64,000 nucleotides of DNA from an uncultured cyanobacterium (GTDB taxonomy: Bacteria; Cyanobacteriota; Cyanobacteriia; Cyanobacteriales; Nostocaceae), in assembly GCA_963740315.1 (NCBI GenBank), contig CAVUDP010000001.1, positions 1,184,001 to 1,248,000 of the forward strand, given 5' to 3'. Positions 18,832 through 29,597 of this stretch are shown piece by piece. Under the pieces are notes generated by a model. The model did not search any database. It saw only the letters and a program-made list of their open reading frames with translations, and was not told the DNA's origin. Within the stretch, counting starts at the first letter, position 1, and every line of letters begins with the position of its first letter. The position numbers and the translations under genes are program-made.

Positions 18832-21747
18832 TTAAACACCGCTACAGCTTGGCATTTGATTCCAAGATTGATTGTTAGTAACCGTACCTGTTTGATTATC
18901 TGCAACTAAATATATCTCCCCGTTTTTATCCTTCACTAATCCAGTCGCTTCAACAATCGCTGGCTTTGGATTTGCAACAGAATAATTAGAAGTTTCTTCT
19001 CTTTTAAAAGCGGTTCGCAAATCTGACCATAAGATTGTACCTCTTAAAGTTGTCGTAGGATTCTGTGGTAAACCACCTCTATTGCTAACAGTAAAATTAT
19101 TTCCTTTTTGTGCCGCACATCCAGCACTAATTTGATTATCTACGTCCATAACAGTTGTTGGTAGCTCATTTACTCCCGCATTTGGATCTATATCAGGGGT
19201 GTTAAGCTGTACCGTACCGTTAAATTCTGCTCCTCGATTAGAACTTGCAGTAATATCGCTTTCTGAGGTTAATTTAGAGCGCTCTTTGATACCGAAAATA
19301 CCTTGAGCATTAATAGTTACTCGTCCGCCAAAACCTTCCGCAGCATTCGCTGTAATATCGCTGTTTTGCAGACCGACTAAAGTATCAGTTTTGATAAATA
19401 TATTACCGCCATCGGAACTGTTAGCAGCGTTGCTGGTAATGCTGCTTTCTCGAATTTGCAGATTTCGCGATTCTATATTGATATTACCTTTGTCACCAGC
19501 ATTGGTATTTGCAGTAATCGTACCTTGATTTTTGAGTAAAATAAAAGGCGAATTGATATTGATATTTCCCGCAGCGCCAGTACCCGCCAAACCTCGTATA
19601 TTTTCGGGATCGCTACTGAGGAAATTACTGGCATTGATAGTTGCGCGATCGCGAATAATTAATTTTTTACTAATTAGATTTAAATCTCCACCTTCACCGT
19701 TACTTACTACCGCATTTGCAAATAAACCGCTGAGGCTGCGCGGACTTGAACCAATTAATTCCACTAAATCAGCTTTTATCTGCATATTCCCAGCGTTTCC
19801 CGAACCTGATGTACTAACGGATATTTGAGCGCCATCGCGAACTCGCAAGCTTCCGGTTTGAATATTTAATTTACCACCCGTACCCGTACCCGTACCCAAA
19901 AAATCTGGCGCTCCCGGTATTTTCTGTACTCCTGCAACAATACTGCTCGGACCATTTTGTGCTATACCAACAAGTTCTATATCTTTAGCGGTAAGTTGCA
20001 AATCTCCGGCTTTCCCGAAACCAAAAGTACTGGAAGATATTTGAGCGCCGTTAGTAACTTTTAAACTATCGGTTTCAATAGATAGACTTCCACCATTACC
20101 TCTGGCACCTGGAGCCACATCAGTTGCGATCGCGGTTGGTGCAAATTCAGAAAAGCCAGTAATTTCGATATTTTTTGCAGCGATGTTTAATTTTGCAGCA
20201 TTACCTCTACCAGAAGTACGGCTCGATATTTGACCACCATCTTTTATTTGTAAACTTTCTGTTTTTATATTTATATTCCCTCCATCTCCACTGGCTTGTG
20301 AAAGGACAACAGATAATATGCCGCTCGGACCATTTTGTGATACACCGAAAATTTCTATATCTTTAGCTGTAACTTGTAAATTTCCGGCGTTACCAGAGCT
20401 AAAGGTACTGGAAAATATGCGAGCGCCGTTAGTGATTTGTAAGCGATCGGTTTCAAGACTTAAAGTCCCACCGTTACCTGTTCCACCAGGAGCAACCGGG
20501 GTAAATAAACCACTTGGTCCCAAGGGAGAAAAACTATCTAATTGTATATTCTTAGCTTTAACGTTCAATTGTCCAGCATTGCCACTACCAAAGGTTGCGC
20601 TCGATATTTGACCGCCGTTTACTATCTTTAAGCTGCTAGTTTCAATATTAATTTTACCGCCGTTTCCACTTGCTTTGGGTGCGACATCAGCTAAAATACT
20701 GCTGAAAACTTGGTTATTAGGATTTAAAACAAAGCCTTTTACTTCTAATAATTCCGATGCAGAAACATTGATTTCTCCTCCAGAACCGTTGCCAAGAGTA
20801 TCTGAGATAATAACCGAACCATTTTCAACACTGATATCTTTACCTTTAATTTGAATGCTGCCGCCGCTATTACCACTGGTATTTACAGAAGCAGAGTTAA
20901 GCAGATTAATATTACTGTAGTTAATTGCTTTTGGTTCTAACTTTAATTTACCGTTGTTATTAACTAAAGAAACCTCACCCTGTTTTACCGACCATAATTC
21001 AACTTTACCTGAAGGAAAAGTAACGTTTCCCCCATCAAGAATTATTTTGTTACCAATAAGGGCTAAAGTTTGATTATTTGAATTTTGATAATTTAGTCCA
21101 GAAGGACGATTGCTTGTATCTATAGAAAAATCTGGATTTACTTTTATATTATTACCAGAGCCGTTAATATTTATAGCGCCGTTAGAATTAGAACCAAACT
21201 GCAAACCTACGGGAACGCTGATAGTAAGTAGAGGCTTTGTTGAAGGGTTAACAGCACTGAATTCTCTTCCATCAGCAAAGTTGATTTTATCCGCAGTCGA
21301 ACCAATAAACGAGCCACCGATATCTAATGCTGCATTCGGACCAAAAATAATTCCTTGGGGATTAATCAGAAATAGATTCGCCGTACTGGGTTTTACCCCA
21401 TCAATCCAAGTTTGAATCGTACCGTTGATATTAGAAACCGAACCACCAGTTACTCGTGTAAGAATATTTTGAATCCCTGCATCGTGAACAAAACGTGCAG
21501 TATCGCCAGATTGAATCGAAAATTCTTGCAAACTGTGGAAGAGATTTGCAGCGTTTTGAGGTCTGCTTCCACCAGTAATTTCGTATATTCGGGCTTTTAC
21601 ATTGTTAACTGAGGTTGGTGTAGGTAGGGTGCGATCGCCACTTATTCTTTGAGCTTGGGTTGGTAATGGTGCTTGAAAAAGCGAAGAAATACCAATAAAT
21701 AAGAGGATTCTTTTGAATTTTAACGGCGAATAAGTGGTAAAGCACAT
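18832..21747 (-). CDS. Filamentous haemagglutinin N-terminal (TPS) domain exoprotein
   Basis: Signal peptide; NLFHSLQEFS, NILTRVTGGSVSNING and NLFLINPQGIIFG TPS motifs; internal GQISS.T.G.GNAG repeats. Confidence 0.92.
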   Translation of the reverse strand: MCFTTYSPLKFKRILLFIGISSLFQAPLPTQAQRISGDRTLPTPTSVNNVKARIYEITGGSRPQNAANLFHSLQEFSIQSGDTARFVHDAGIQNILTRVTGGSVSNINGTIQTWIDGVKPSTANLFLINPQGIIFGPNAALDIGGSFIGSTADKINFADGREFSAVNPSTKPLLTISVPVGLQFGSNSNGAININGSGNNIKVNPDFSIDTSNRPSGLNYQNSNNQTLALIGNKIILDGGNVTFPSGKVELWSVKQGEVSLVNNNGKLKLEPKAINYSNINLLNSASVNTSGNSGGSIQIKGKDISVENGSVIISDTLGNGSGGEINVSASELLEVKGFVLNPNNQVFSSILADVAPKASGNGGKINIETSSLKIVNGGQISSATFGSGNAGQLNVKAKNIQLDSFSPLGPSGLFTPVAPGGTGNGGTLSLETDRLQITNGARIFSSTFSSGNAGNLQVTAKDIEIFGVSQNGPSGILSVVLSQASGDGGNINIKTESLQIKDGGQISSRTSGRGNAAKLNIAAKNIEITGFSEFAPTAIATDVAPGARGNGGSLSIETDSLKVTNGAQISSSTFGFGKAGDLQLTAKDIELVGIAQNGPSSIVAGVQKIPGAPDFLGTGTGTGGKLNIQTGSLRVRDGAQISVSTSGSGNAGNMQIKADLVELIGSSPRSLSGLFANAVVSNGEGGDLNLISKKLIIRDRATINASNFLSSDPENIRGLAGTGAAGNININSPFILLKNQGTITANTNAGDKGNINIESRNLQIRESSITSNAANSSDGGNIFIKTDTLVGLQNSDITANAAEGFGGRVTINAQGIFGIKERSKLTSESDITASSNRGAEFNGTVQLNTPDIDPNAGVNELPTTVMDVDNQISAGCAAQKGNNFTVSNRGGLPQNPTTTLRGTILWSDLRTAFKREETSNYSVANPKPAIVEATGLVKDKNGEIYLVADNQTGTVTNNQSWNQMPSCSGV

Positions 21748-21790
21748 TTATGTTTTCTTCATAACTGCTGAGATGCAAAATCCATTTTAT

Positions 21791-23275
21791 TTACTCAGCA
21801 TTACGCTTGCGTCCGAGAAAACCCTGAGAACGAGAAATTATTGCAAATAAGCCTAACCCTAGTAACCCAACCAATGAAGTAGGTTCGGGAGTTGATTTTA
21901 CTTCCACCGAACTTGATTCATTAAAATCCATCTTTTGCCAAGCCAGATTTTGCCAAAAACCGTCTTGCTCAAATTCTGCATGGGACTGATTAAAACCATT
22001 CCAACCCGACCACGAACCATCCCAACCCATCTTATAGCCTTCGTAACCCCATTCGTAGATTTTGCCACTTCTACGAATCATTTTGTCTAACAATGTAATG
22101 CGATCGTCGATGTTGTCTGTGTTTTTATCTATCCACTGCGACGGTGTATACGAACTTCCAAATTTTTGTAGTAGTTCCGTCTGTGCATCGTTGTACAAAG
22201 TATTGAAATTAATATTATTCTGCCGCACATCCCAACCTAATAGATCCATTGCAGTCAAATCGAGGTTTTTAGCAAGTCTTCTCTGCCCCGTACCCAAAGT
22301 AGGGTCCATAATACCTAACACATTGCTTTGTTGTTTCCAATGACTTGATTGATATCCATCACCACCTAAATTCCCATCTTCTCCAGTCGCAAATTTAGCA
22401 ATACTTGTGTTCCCTCCGTCAAAAGAAAAGAAAGGGTTTCCACCGACTGATAGATCGGGCATTCTATTGCCTGAACTATTAGAATCAGAAGAATAGCGGT
22501 ATAAGTCAAGAAGAGTTATATGTTCTTTTGCTTTATAGCCAGTGTCTTGCGTATTACGTTTTTTCTCTAATTTGACAGCATTTAACCATCCAGGATCGTC
22601 TCCAGAACTGACAAACCCCAAAGTATGACCTAGCTCGTGTACAGCCATGCTAAATAAATCTAAAGTACCTTTAGCAACGGTATTGCTTTGGTAATTTTGA
22701 TTCCAAGATACCTTTTTTGTCAGGTTACTAAGGTCACTAATTAGAATGTAACCATCTAAATCTTGGTAATCACGGTCATTTTTTGATATTTTTCCTAAAG
22801 CTTTAGCACTAGCACGAGTAAGGCTAACTTCACTTATATATTCAAACTCCTTACCATCAACCATTAGGCTATATGTCGAGCCATGTCGATCCACATTAAA
22901 ACTATCAAAGGCTTTTCTATCGGTATTTGAGGTGATATCTTTGTGAAAATCACTCCGAAAATGTTGATATTGTTTGTATTGCGTCATTCCCGGTAATGCG
23001 CCGCCAATTACGTTTTCAGGTAACATATTTGTTGATTCGACAAATACGTTTACGGTGACATCATCTGTTAAATAATTTGACCAATATTTACCAGCCATCT
23101 CGAAGCCCAACATCTGCTCGTGACTGACTCCGGGTGCATAGCTAAAGTTAAAATTTAATGCTTGTGCGGGTAATGTCGTAATTAATAGGGTGCTGACGGA
23201 AAGCAAAGATTGCAGAATAAACTTACCTGTTGAAAAGAATTTGTTTCTACAGTTTATAGATTGATTTATTTTCAT
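21791..23275 (-). CDS. Secreted zincin metalloprotease with PEP-CTERM sorting signal (NF038122-like)
   Basis: Signal peptide ending PAQA; AVHELGHTLGF; SHW...GIMDP; C-terminal TPEPTSLVGLLGLG plus basic tail. Confidence 0.85.
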   Translation of the reverse strand: MKINQSINCRNKFFSTGKFILQSLLSVSTLLITTLPAQALNFNFSYAPGVSHEQMLGFEMAGKYWSNYLTDDVTVNVFVESTNMLPENVIGGALPGMTQYKQYQHFRSDFHKDITSNTDRKAFDSFNVDRHGSTYSLMVDGKEFEYISEVSLTRASAKALGKISKNDRDYQDLDGYILISDLSNLTKKVSWNQNYQSNTVAKGTLDLFSMAVHELGHTLGFVSSGDDPGWLNAVKLEKKRNTQDTGYKAKEHITLLDLYRYSSDSNSSGNRMPDLSVGGNPFFSFDGGNTSIAKFATGEDGNLGGDGYQSSHWKQQSNVLGIMDPTLGTGQRRLAKNLDLTAMDLLGWDVRQNNINFNTLYNDAQTELLQKFGSSYTPSQWIDKNTDNIDDRITLLDKMIRRSGKIYEWGYEGYKMGWDGSWSGWNGFNQSHAEFEQDGFWQNLAWQKMDFNESSSVEVKSTPEPTSLVGLLGLGLFAIISRSQGFLGRKRNAE

Positions 23276-23675
23276 TTTTCCCTAATTTACTAGCAATAAA
23301 TACAGCCGATTCATTACTATCTAATTTAGGTTAAAGAATATTTAATATAAACCTGTAAATTACTTATAAAGTCATACTTTAAGTTAATTTAATAGATAAT
23401 TTATAATTGTGGCAAAAATTCTTCTTTATGGTGTTTTTTATCTGAAGCTGTTTTAAAGAATAGCGTTAACTGTATTTTTAATTACTTAACATTTTTGATA
23501 GGTACGGATGAGATATGTTTCAAAATATAGTTTATGTAAAAACGAAGCTTTAATCTTAAGTATATTTCCTGAAAATGCCTGTAGCGAATGAAATATATTT
23601 GATTTAGAATTCTTTGATAACTTAAAGAAAGTGGTAGAGCAGATTTTTATTTTGTTATTCTTTCTCATATTTTAT

Positions 23676-25166
23676 TTACTTAGCATCATCCTTGCGACAG
23701 AGAAAACTCTGATAACGAGAAATAATTCCTAATAAGCTTAATCCTAGCAATCCAATTAAAGAAGTAGGTTCGGGAGTTGATTTTACTTTCAGCGAACTTG
23801 ATTCATTAAAATCCATCTTTTGCCAAGCCACATTCTGCCAAAAACCATCTTGTTCAAGTTCTGCACGAGATTGCCAATAACCATTCCAACCCGACCAGGA
23901 ACCATCCCAGCCCCACTGATAGCCTTTCCAACCCCATTGGTAAATATCGCCGCTGTTATCAATCATTTCGTTCAATAATTCACCGCGATCGTCTTCCTTG
24001 TTTCCGTCTTTATCTATCCACTGCGACGGTGTAAACGAACTACCAAATTTTTGTAATAGTTGCGTCTGGGCATCGTTGTACAAAGTATTGAAATCAATAT
24101 TTCCCTGCTGCACATCCCAACCCAATACATCCATTGTGGTTAAGTCAAGATTTGTAACTTGTCTCCTTTGCCCTAAGCCCAGAGTGGGGTCCATAATACC
24201 TAAAACATTGCTTTGCTGTTTCCAATGACTCGACTGATATCCATCACCACCTAATTCCCCATCTTCCCCAGCCGCAAACTTAGCAATAGTTGTTTTTCCT
24301 CTGTCAAGTGAGAAGAAAGGGTTGCCACCAATCGAAACATCAGCCATCCCCAATTGTTTATCTGCTGTCTTGTCAGATGAAGTACTTTGATCTGAATAAC
24401 GATATAAGTCAAGAAGAGTAATATGTCCCTGTGCTTTATCAGCTTTGGCTGGTTTACCATTACTTCTTTCTTTTTTGACAGATTTTATCCATCCTGGATC
24501 GTCTCCAGAACTAACAAAGCCAAGAGTATGACCTAGCTCGTGTACAGCCATGCTAAATAAATCTAAAGTACCGCCAGCAATATTATCGCTTTGATAATTT
24601 TGATTCCAAGATAATTGTCCTGTAATATTACTGAGGTCGCTAATCAGAATGTAACCATCTAAGCCTTGGTCATCTCCTGATATTTTCCCTAAAGCTTTAG
24701 CGCTCGCACGGGTGACGTTAACCTCTTTCATATTCGCAAATACGGTTCCATCAGCCATGATGCTATATTTGTTTCCATTTGTATCCGTATTAAAACTGTT
24801 AAAAGCATCTGCATCTGCGGTTGAGGTGATATCCCCTTCAAACGCACTTCGGAAGTCTCTATGGTGTTTGAATTGCGCCATCCCCGGCAATGCTCCCCCA
24901 ATCACGTTTTCGGGTAACATACTTGTTGTCTCAACAAATACGTTTACGGTGACATCATCCGTTAGATAATTTGACCAATACTTACCAGCCATCTCGAAAC
25001 CAAGCATTTGCTCGTAACTGGTTTGGGGTGCATAGGTAAAGTTAAAATTTAATGCTTGTGCGGGCAATGTCGCAACTAATACGGTGCTGAGGGAAAGTAA
25101 GCTTTGTAAAAGAAGTCTTCCTTGAGACAGCTTATTTTTGGAATTTCTAGATTTATTATTTTTCAT
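23676..25166 (-). CDS. Secreted zincin metalloprotease with PEP-CTERM sorting signal (paralog)
   Basis: Same motifs; long identical stretches shared with 21791-23275. Confidence 0.85.
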   Translation of the reverse strand: MKNNKSRNSKNKLSQGRLLLQSLLSLSTVLVATLPAQALNFNFTYAPQTSYEQMLGFEMAGKYWSNYLTDDVTVNVFVETTSMLPENVIGGALPGMAQFKHHRDFRSAFEGDITSTADADAFNSFNTDTNGNKYSIMADGTVFANMKEVNVTRASAKALGKISGDDQGLDGYILISDLSNITGQLSWNQNYQSDNIAGGTLDLFSMAVHELGHTLGFVSSGDDPGWIKSVKKERSNGKPAKADKAQGHITLLDLYRYSDQSTSSDKTADKQLGMADVSIGGNPFFSLDRGKTTIAKFAAGEDGELGGDGYQSSHWKQQSNVLGIMDPTLGLGQRRQVTNLDLTTMDVLGWDVQQGNIDFNTLYNDAQTQLLQKFGSSFTPSQWIDKDGNKEDDRGELLNEMIDNSGDIYQWGWKGYQWGWDGSWSGWNGYWQSRAELEQDGFWQNVAWQKMDFNESSSLKVKSTPEPTSLIGLLGLSLLGIISRYQSFLCRKDDAK

Positions 25167-25676
25167 TTCTATTAAATAGCTTAGTAATAGATGTAACAGT
25201 GCAACTACTATCTAAGCTATAAAAGAATATGCTGAATTTCAAACCCAGAAGTTACCTACAAAACCATATCTTTAAGGTAATTAATCAATAATTTATAATC
25301 GGATTTTTGATAGTTAATATGTAATTCCACTGAACTAATTATTGTTTTAATTACTGTTAGCGGCAATCCAAAAGTTTGTTTATAAATTAGTTTTTCGAGA
25401 TTAGCAACTATTCAAATCAACTTGATATTATTCATATTTTGCACAATTGTCTCTATTCCCGGAATATTTTCGTAAAAACACGATCTTTTGACCGTGCATC
25501 CAGCAAGAAACCAGCTAACAAGCGAGCTTGCTCATCATGCATTCCGCTTGCTCCAAAACCGATCGGAAACAGAGCTTTCATAAGCCCTGTTGAAAATAAG
25601 TTTTATTTCAGTAAATTGCGCTACAATAATTCCAGTTTTGGCTGAAGACAAAACGTAAGTGCATCTACTTTAAACA

Positions 25677-27101
25677 TCAGGGTAGTATCTTTTGTTCCAA
25701 TCTCCGCTTAATTTCCTCTGGTAACTTATCTAGCGAAACTTCAACTTGTTCGCCAGATTTCAAATCCTTTAAATTAGACTTTTGTGAGAAAGCTTCATCA
25801 GCACCGATAATTACGCAATATTGAATTCCTTGTTTGTCAGCCAGTTGAAACTGCTTACCCAAACCGCGTTTATCAAAGCTGGTAATTACATTGATACCTG
25901 CTTGACGAAGCTGTTGAGATACCTTTAAATAAAGTGGCATTAAATCGGCTTGTAAATTAACCACCATTACCTGTGCTGGTGTCGCAGATAAAGTCTTTAA
26001 AATATCGGCTTTTAATAACCTACTCATCAACCGAGTTAAACCGATAGAAATACCTACTCCAGGCATTTTCTCGCCTAAAAACGTTCCTACTAACTCTTCA
26101 TATCTACCGCCAGAACAAATACTTCCTAACGCTTCATGTCCTAATAAAGTTGTTTCGTAAACCGTGCCAGTATAATAATCTAAACCCCGTGCGATCGATA
26201 AGTCAATGCAGTAACGGTTATCGGCAACTCCCAAATCGCGAACTCCAGAAATAACTGTTTCTAATTCATTCACGCCAAGATTAAATTGTTCGGCTTCCGG
26301 CATACTTTGGGCAAGATGTTTGAGTTTATCCAACACCTCATCCTTTGAACCTTTAATATTAATAAATTCAATAATTTTTTCAGTTTGTTCCGGCGAAATC
26401 CCTTCTTTTTCTAACTCTCGTTTAACCTTGGTTTCGCCAATCTTTTCTAAATTATCAACTATTCCGACACAAGTTTTAATTTTCTCTTCGGTAACACCAG
26501 CCGACTGAAAAAAACCAGTCAAAACCTTACGGTTATTTATCCGAATCAGAAAATCGCCAATATTAACCGCTTCAAATATCTCAGATATAATAGCAGGCAT
26601 TTGAGCATCATAAAGCAAACTCAATTCCCGGCGAGCGATAACATCAATATCGCACTGACGAAACTGACGAAAACGTCCATCTTTTGCTCTTTCTCCGCGA
26701 AACACAACATCCATTTGATAACGCGCAAACGGAAAAGTTAAATTATTTAAATTTCGGGCAATATAAGCCGCCAACGGCACAGTTTGGTCAAATTTTAACG
26801 CCCTAGCTTCTGAATTATTATCATCGGATTTATCCTTACCCGATTGCTCTTTCTGGGCTTGTTTATTCGGCGGCAAAATCGGACTAATACCGTAGACAAT
26901 ATTATCACCTTGATTTCCTTTCGCTTGCAAAACCTCCAAACGTTCCACAGCAGGCGTTTCAATCGGAGTAAATCCGTAACTTTCATACACTTTACGGATA
27001 GTATCCATCAAATAAGATTCTAAGCGCTTCTCACCAGGTAAGAATTCTGGAAAACCGCTGGGGTTTGAATAATTTATTTTTTCAGATTTAGGCATAATCA
27101 A
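25677..27101 (-). CDS. hisS: Histidine--tRNA ligase
   Basis: FRGERAKDGRFRQFRQCDID, ARGLDYYTG, SICSGGRY, anticodon-binding domain. Confidence 0.97.
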   Translation of the reverse strand: MIMPKSEKINYSNPSGFPEFLPGEKRLESYLMDTIRKVYESYGFTPIETPAVERLEVLQAKGNQGDNIVYGISPILPPNKQAQKEQSGKDKSDDNNSEARALKFDQTVPLAAYIARNLNNLTFPFARYQMDVVFRGERAKDGRFRQFRQCDIDVIARRELSLLYDAQMPAIISEIFEAVNIGDFLIRINNRKVLTGFFQSAGVTEEKIKTCVGIVDNLEKIGETKVKRELEKEGISPEQTEKIIEFINIKGSKDEVLDKLKHLAQSMPEAEQFNLGVNELETVISGVRDLGVADNRYCIDLSIARGLDYYTGTVYETTLLGHEALGSICSGGRYEELVGTFLGEKMPGVGISIGLTRLMSRLLKADILKTLSATPAQVMVVNLQADLMPLYLKVSQQLRQAGINVITSFDKRGLGKQFQLADKQGIQYCVIIGADEAFSQKSNLKDLKSGEQVEVSLDKLPEEIKRRLEQKILP

Positions 27102-27271
27102 TTATCAAGTAATGAAGAATGGGTTTGTGGTGTTCGCATCTTGCTGACTAATATATATGATGTACTGTAGGCATGGGCTTTTAGCTTACAAAAAAGCTTT
27201 GAGTATTATAGTATTTCATTTCGCTAAACTAGTGTTGGGGAGAATAAATAACTATTGGGAAGGCTATATTT

Positions 27272-28045
27272 ATGCAAGTATTTCGTTTAGCGGCACTGTC
27301 AGATAATTACATATTTTTGCTATACGATCGCAAACAAAATATTGCTGCTGTAGTCGATCCAGCACAAGCAAAACCTGTTTTAACTAAGCTTGGCGAACTG
27401 AATGCGGATTTAGTCGCAATTTTTAATACCCACCATCATTTCGATCACGTAGGCGGCAATCAAAAGTTAATTGAAAAATTCCCGCAACTGACAGTCTACG
27501 GTGGAAGCTCCGATAAAGGCAGAATTCCCGGACAAAAAGTCTTTTTAGAAGATGGATCTCGCGTTAATTTTGGATCTCGCACCGCCGAGGTTTTGTTCGT
27601 TCCCGGACATACCCGTGCCCATATCGCGTACTATTTTCCTCCCGAACATTCAGAAGAGACGGGAGAGTTATTTTGTGGAGACACTTTATTTGCTGGCGGT
27701 TGCGGTCGCTTGTTTGAAGGAACACCAGAGCAGATGGTAAATTCCCTGAGTAAAATTCGCGCTTTACCCGACAATACGCGGGTTTGGTGTGCCCACGAGT
27801 ATACTTTGAACAATTTAAAATTCGCTATCACCGTGGATGGTGAAAACCCCGAACTTCAGCAGCGATTTGAGCAAGTCAAAGCACATCGCAGCCGAAATGA
27901 AGCTACCGTTCCCTCGTTATTGGGAGTAGAAAAACACACCAATCCGTTTCTGAGATGGGAAGAACCAGCATTGCGATCGGCTGCAAAAAGTAGCGATGCG
28001 GTGCAAACCTTCGCGTGGATACGGGGGATGAAAGATAATTTTTAA
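27272..28045 (+). CDS. gloB: Hydroxyacylglutathione hydrolase (glyoxalase II)
   Basis: DNYI, THHHFDHVGG, PGHT, FCGDTLF.GGCGR, CAHEYT, TNPFLR. Confidence 0.96.
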   Translation: MQVFRLAALSDNYIFLLYDRKQNIAAVVDPAQAKPVLTKLGELNADLVAIFNTHHHFDHVGGNQKLIEKFPQLTVYGGSSDKGRIPGQKVFLEDGSRVNFGSRTAEVLFVPGHTRAHIAYYFPPEHSEETGELFCGDTLFAGGCGRLFEGTPEQMVNSLSKIRALPDNTRVWCAHEYTLNNLKFAITVDGENPELQQRFEQVKAHRSRNEATVPSLLGVEKHTNPFLRWEEPALRSAAKSSDAVQTFAWIRGMKDNF

Positions 28046-28125
28046 GGGAGTAGGGAGTAGGGAGTAGGGAAGATAATTCTTAATTTTTAATTATTTGAAA
28101 TCAAACAATGTCTACAAAAACCGGA

Positions 28126-28404
28126 TCATACATCGGAGCGAAGAGTTCTCCAGTTTGTGTAATCGGTTTTAGGGGTTGTTTGATTTTGTTTAACTCGCTC
28201 TAACAATCCAGGAATTGCCGAAAGTTCTTGAGTTGCAGCTTCGCTTTCAGCATTTGCCAAGTAAGCCGCAAAATCAGCAAGCACCTGCAACCGTTCCGGT
28301 GATAGTTGCTTGAGTAAGTCATTAAGTTGGCTCTGTAACTCTCTCACAGATATCATATCCGTTGACGACCTATCATCCGTTGAAGAATTATCCGTGGTAT
28401 TCAT
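28126..28404 (-). CDS. Small antitoxin-like hypothetical protein
   Basis: LSPERLQVLADFAAYL...EATQELSAIPG...TNWRTLR resembles cyanobacterial type II antitoxins. Confidence 0.6.
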   Translation of the reverse strand: MNTTDNSSTDDRSSTDMISVRELQSQLNDLLKQLSPERLQVLADFAAYLANAESEAATQELSAIPGLLERVKQNQTTPKTDYTNWRTLRSDV

Positions 28405-28523
28405 CGCCTACTTCGCTATTTTCTAGGTTTTATGTCCATTGTAGAGTAACAAGTCTTAGGGAAAGATTATCTACTGCTTAAACAGATTTCGCAGAACTTC
28501 TTCGCAGTCATAAAATTTATCTA

Positions 28524-29102
28524 TTACACAGCCAAACCTTGCCACAAAAATGCGATCGCGTCCGAAATTGCATCCTCCGTGTCAATTACTTGGTGCGAAC
28601 CGATATTTTCTGATAATGCCAAGTTGTGTAAATACGAAAGCAAAACATTTGCAGCAGTTGCAACGTTATCTTTACGGATTCTTCCTAAATCTGCCTCCGC
28701 ATTTAAATACTCCGCAAGTCAATCGCCAAGTTGAATCGCAGGCATGGTATGACGTTGGACAAAATTTTGCATCTCGAAGGATGGATGGCTGATGAGCGAT
28801 AAAAAAATCGGCATCACTTCGCGAAAGTAGGAAACAATCTGCAAGCTTATTAATCTCAGGTTTTCACTTAAGTGTCTCTCTCCAGGATTCACACAGAATA
28901 TAGTATCAAGTTGAGCTTCTGGAAGTACCATTGCGGCAAAAAACAGGTCTTCTTTTGTCCCAAATCGCTGGAAAATCACTGCTTCGGAGATACCAACTGT
29001 TTTAGCAATAGCTCTTGTTGAAGCTTTCACTCCCTGTTTTATAAAGTGCGATCGCGCTACGTTCAAAATCTCTTCGTCTGTAATGGTTTTATTACGAGGC
29101 AT
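28524..29102 (-). pseudogene. TetR/AcrR-family regulator interrupted by an in-frame TGA at 28719-28721
   Basis: N-terminal HTH (STRAIAKTVGISEAVIFQRFGTKEDLF); the frame stays open past the TGA (LAEYLNAEADLGRIR...AIAFLWQGLAV*), a typical TetR C-terminus. Confidence 0.8.
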
Positions 29103-29119
29103 TATTTTTCACTTTAATC

Positions 29120-29566
29120 TCACAATATAATGCCGTGTTCTCGGCGAATTTCTAGCAAAGACATTTCCTTGAGTTGGGACATTTCTTCAATAGCTAACTT
29201 CTTTTTCATACGTAAGCTTTTAAAAATAATACCGATGATGCGCGGAAGGCTGGTAAACCAGATACCTAACAACTTAAAATGCCCAATATTAGACAAAACA
29301 CTGCGATGCTCAAGGCTGGCAACTGCACGATGCATTTCATTGACTTTCGCGGTTGTTGCAAAAAGCATCCACAAATGTGCGGCGATTTCCTCTCGAATAG
29401 AAGTACCGCAGTTAAACAAAACGTGTACTGCATCATGCTGTTCTAATGCTTGTGTGACTTCTGCCGACATTTTGTTTGTCATGTCGTCTTCATGCTCTAA
29501 AGCACGTAATTTCTGAATTGCTTCACCCAAAGTAATCGAGGTATCGGAATCAAAATACTGATTCAT
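29120..29566 (-). CDS. Coq4-like hypothetical protein
   Basis: HDAVHVLFNCGTSIREE resembles the Coq4 HDxxH...E motif. Confidence 0.6.
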   Translation of the reverse strand: MNQYFDSDTSITLGEAIQKLRALEHEDDMTNKMSAEVTQALEQHDAVHVLFNCGTSIREEIAAHLWMLFATTAKVNEMHRAVASLEHRSVLSNIGHFKLLGIWFTSLPRIIGIIFKSLRMKKKLAIEEMSQLKEMSLLEIRREHGIIL

Positions 29567-29597
29567 AAAAATGCTTTTAATCTAGTTTGTTTATAAA

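Noticed and set aside
19532..24969. Multiple plus-strand ORFs opposite the haemagglutinin-like and protease genes
   Set aside because: Antisense shadows of long coding genes with no independent coding features.
25452..25582. Short minus-strand ORF MKALFPIGFGASGMHDEQARLLAGFLLDARSKDRVFTKIFRE
   Set aside because: Only 42 aa with no recognisable family or RBS; it may be a gene remnant but cannot be supported without a search.
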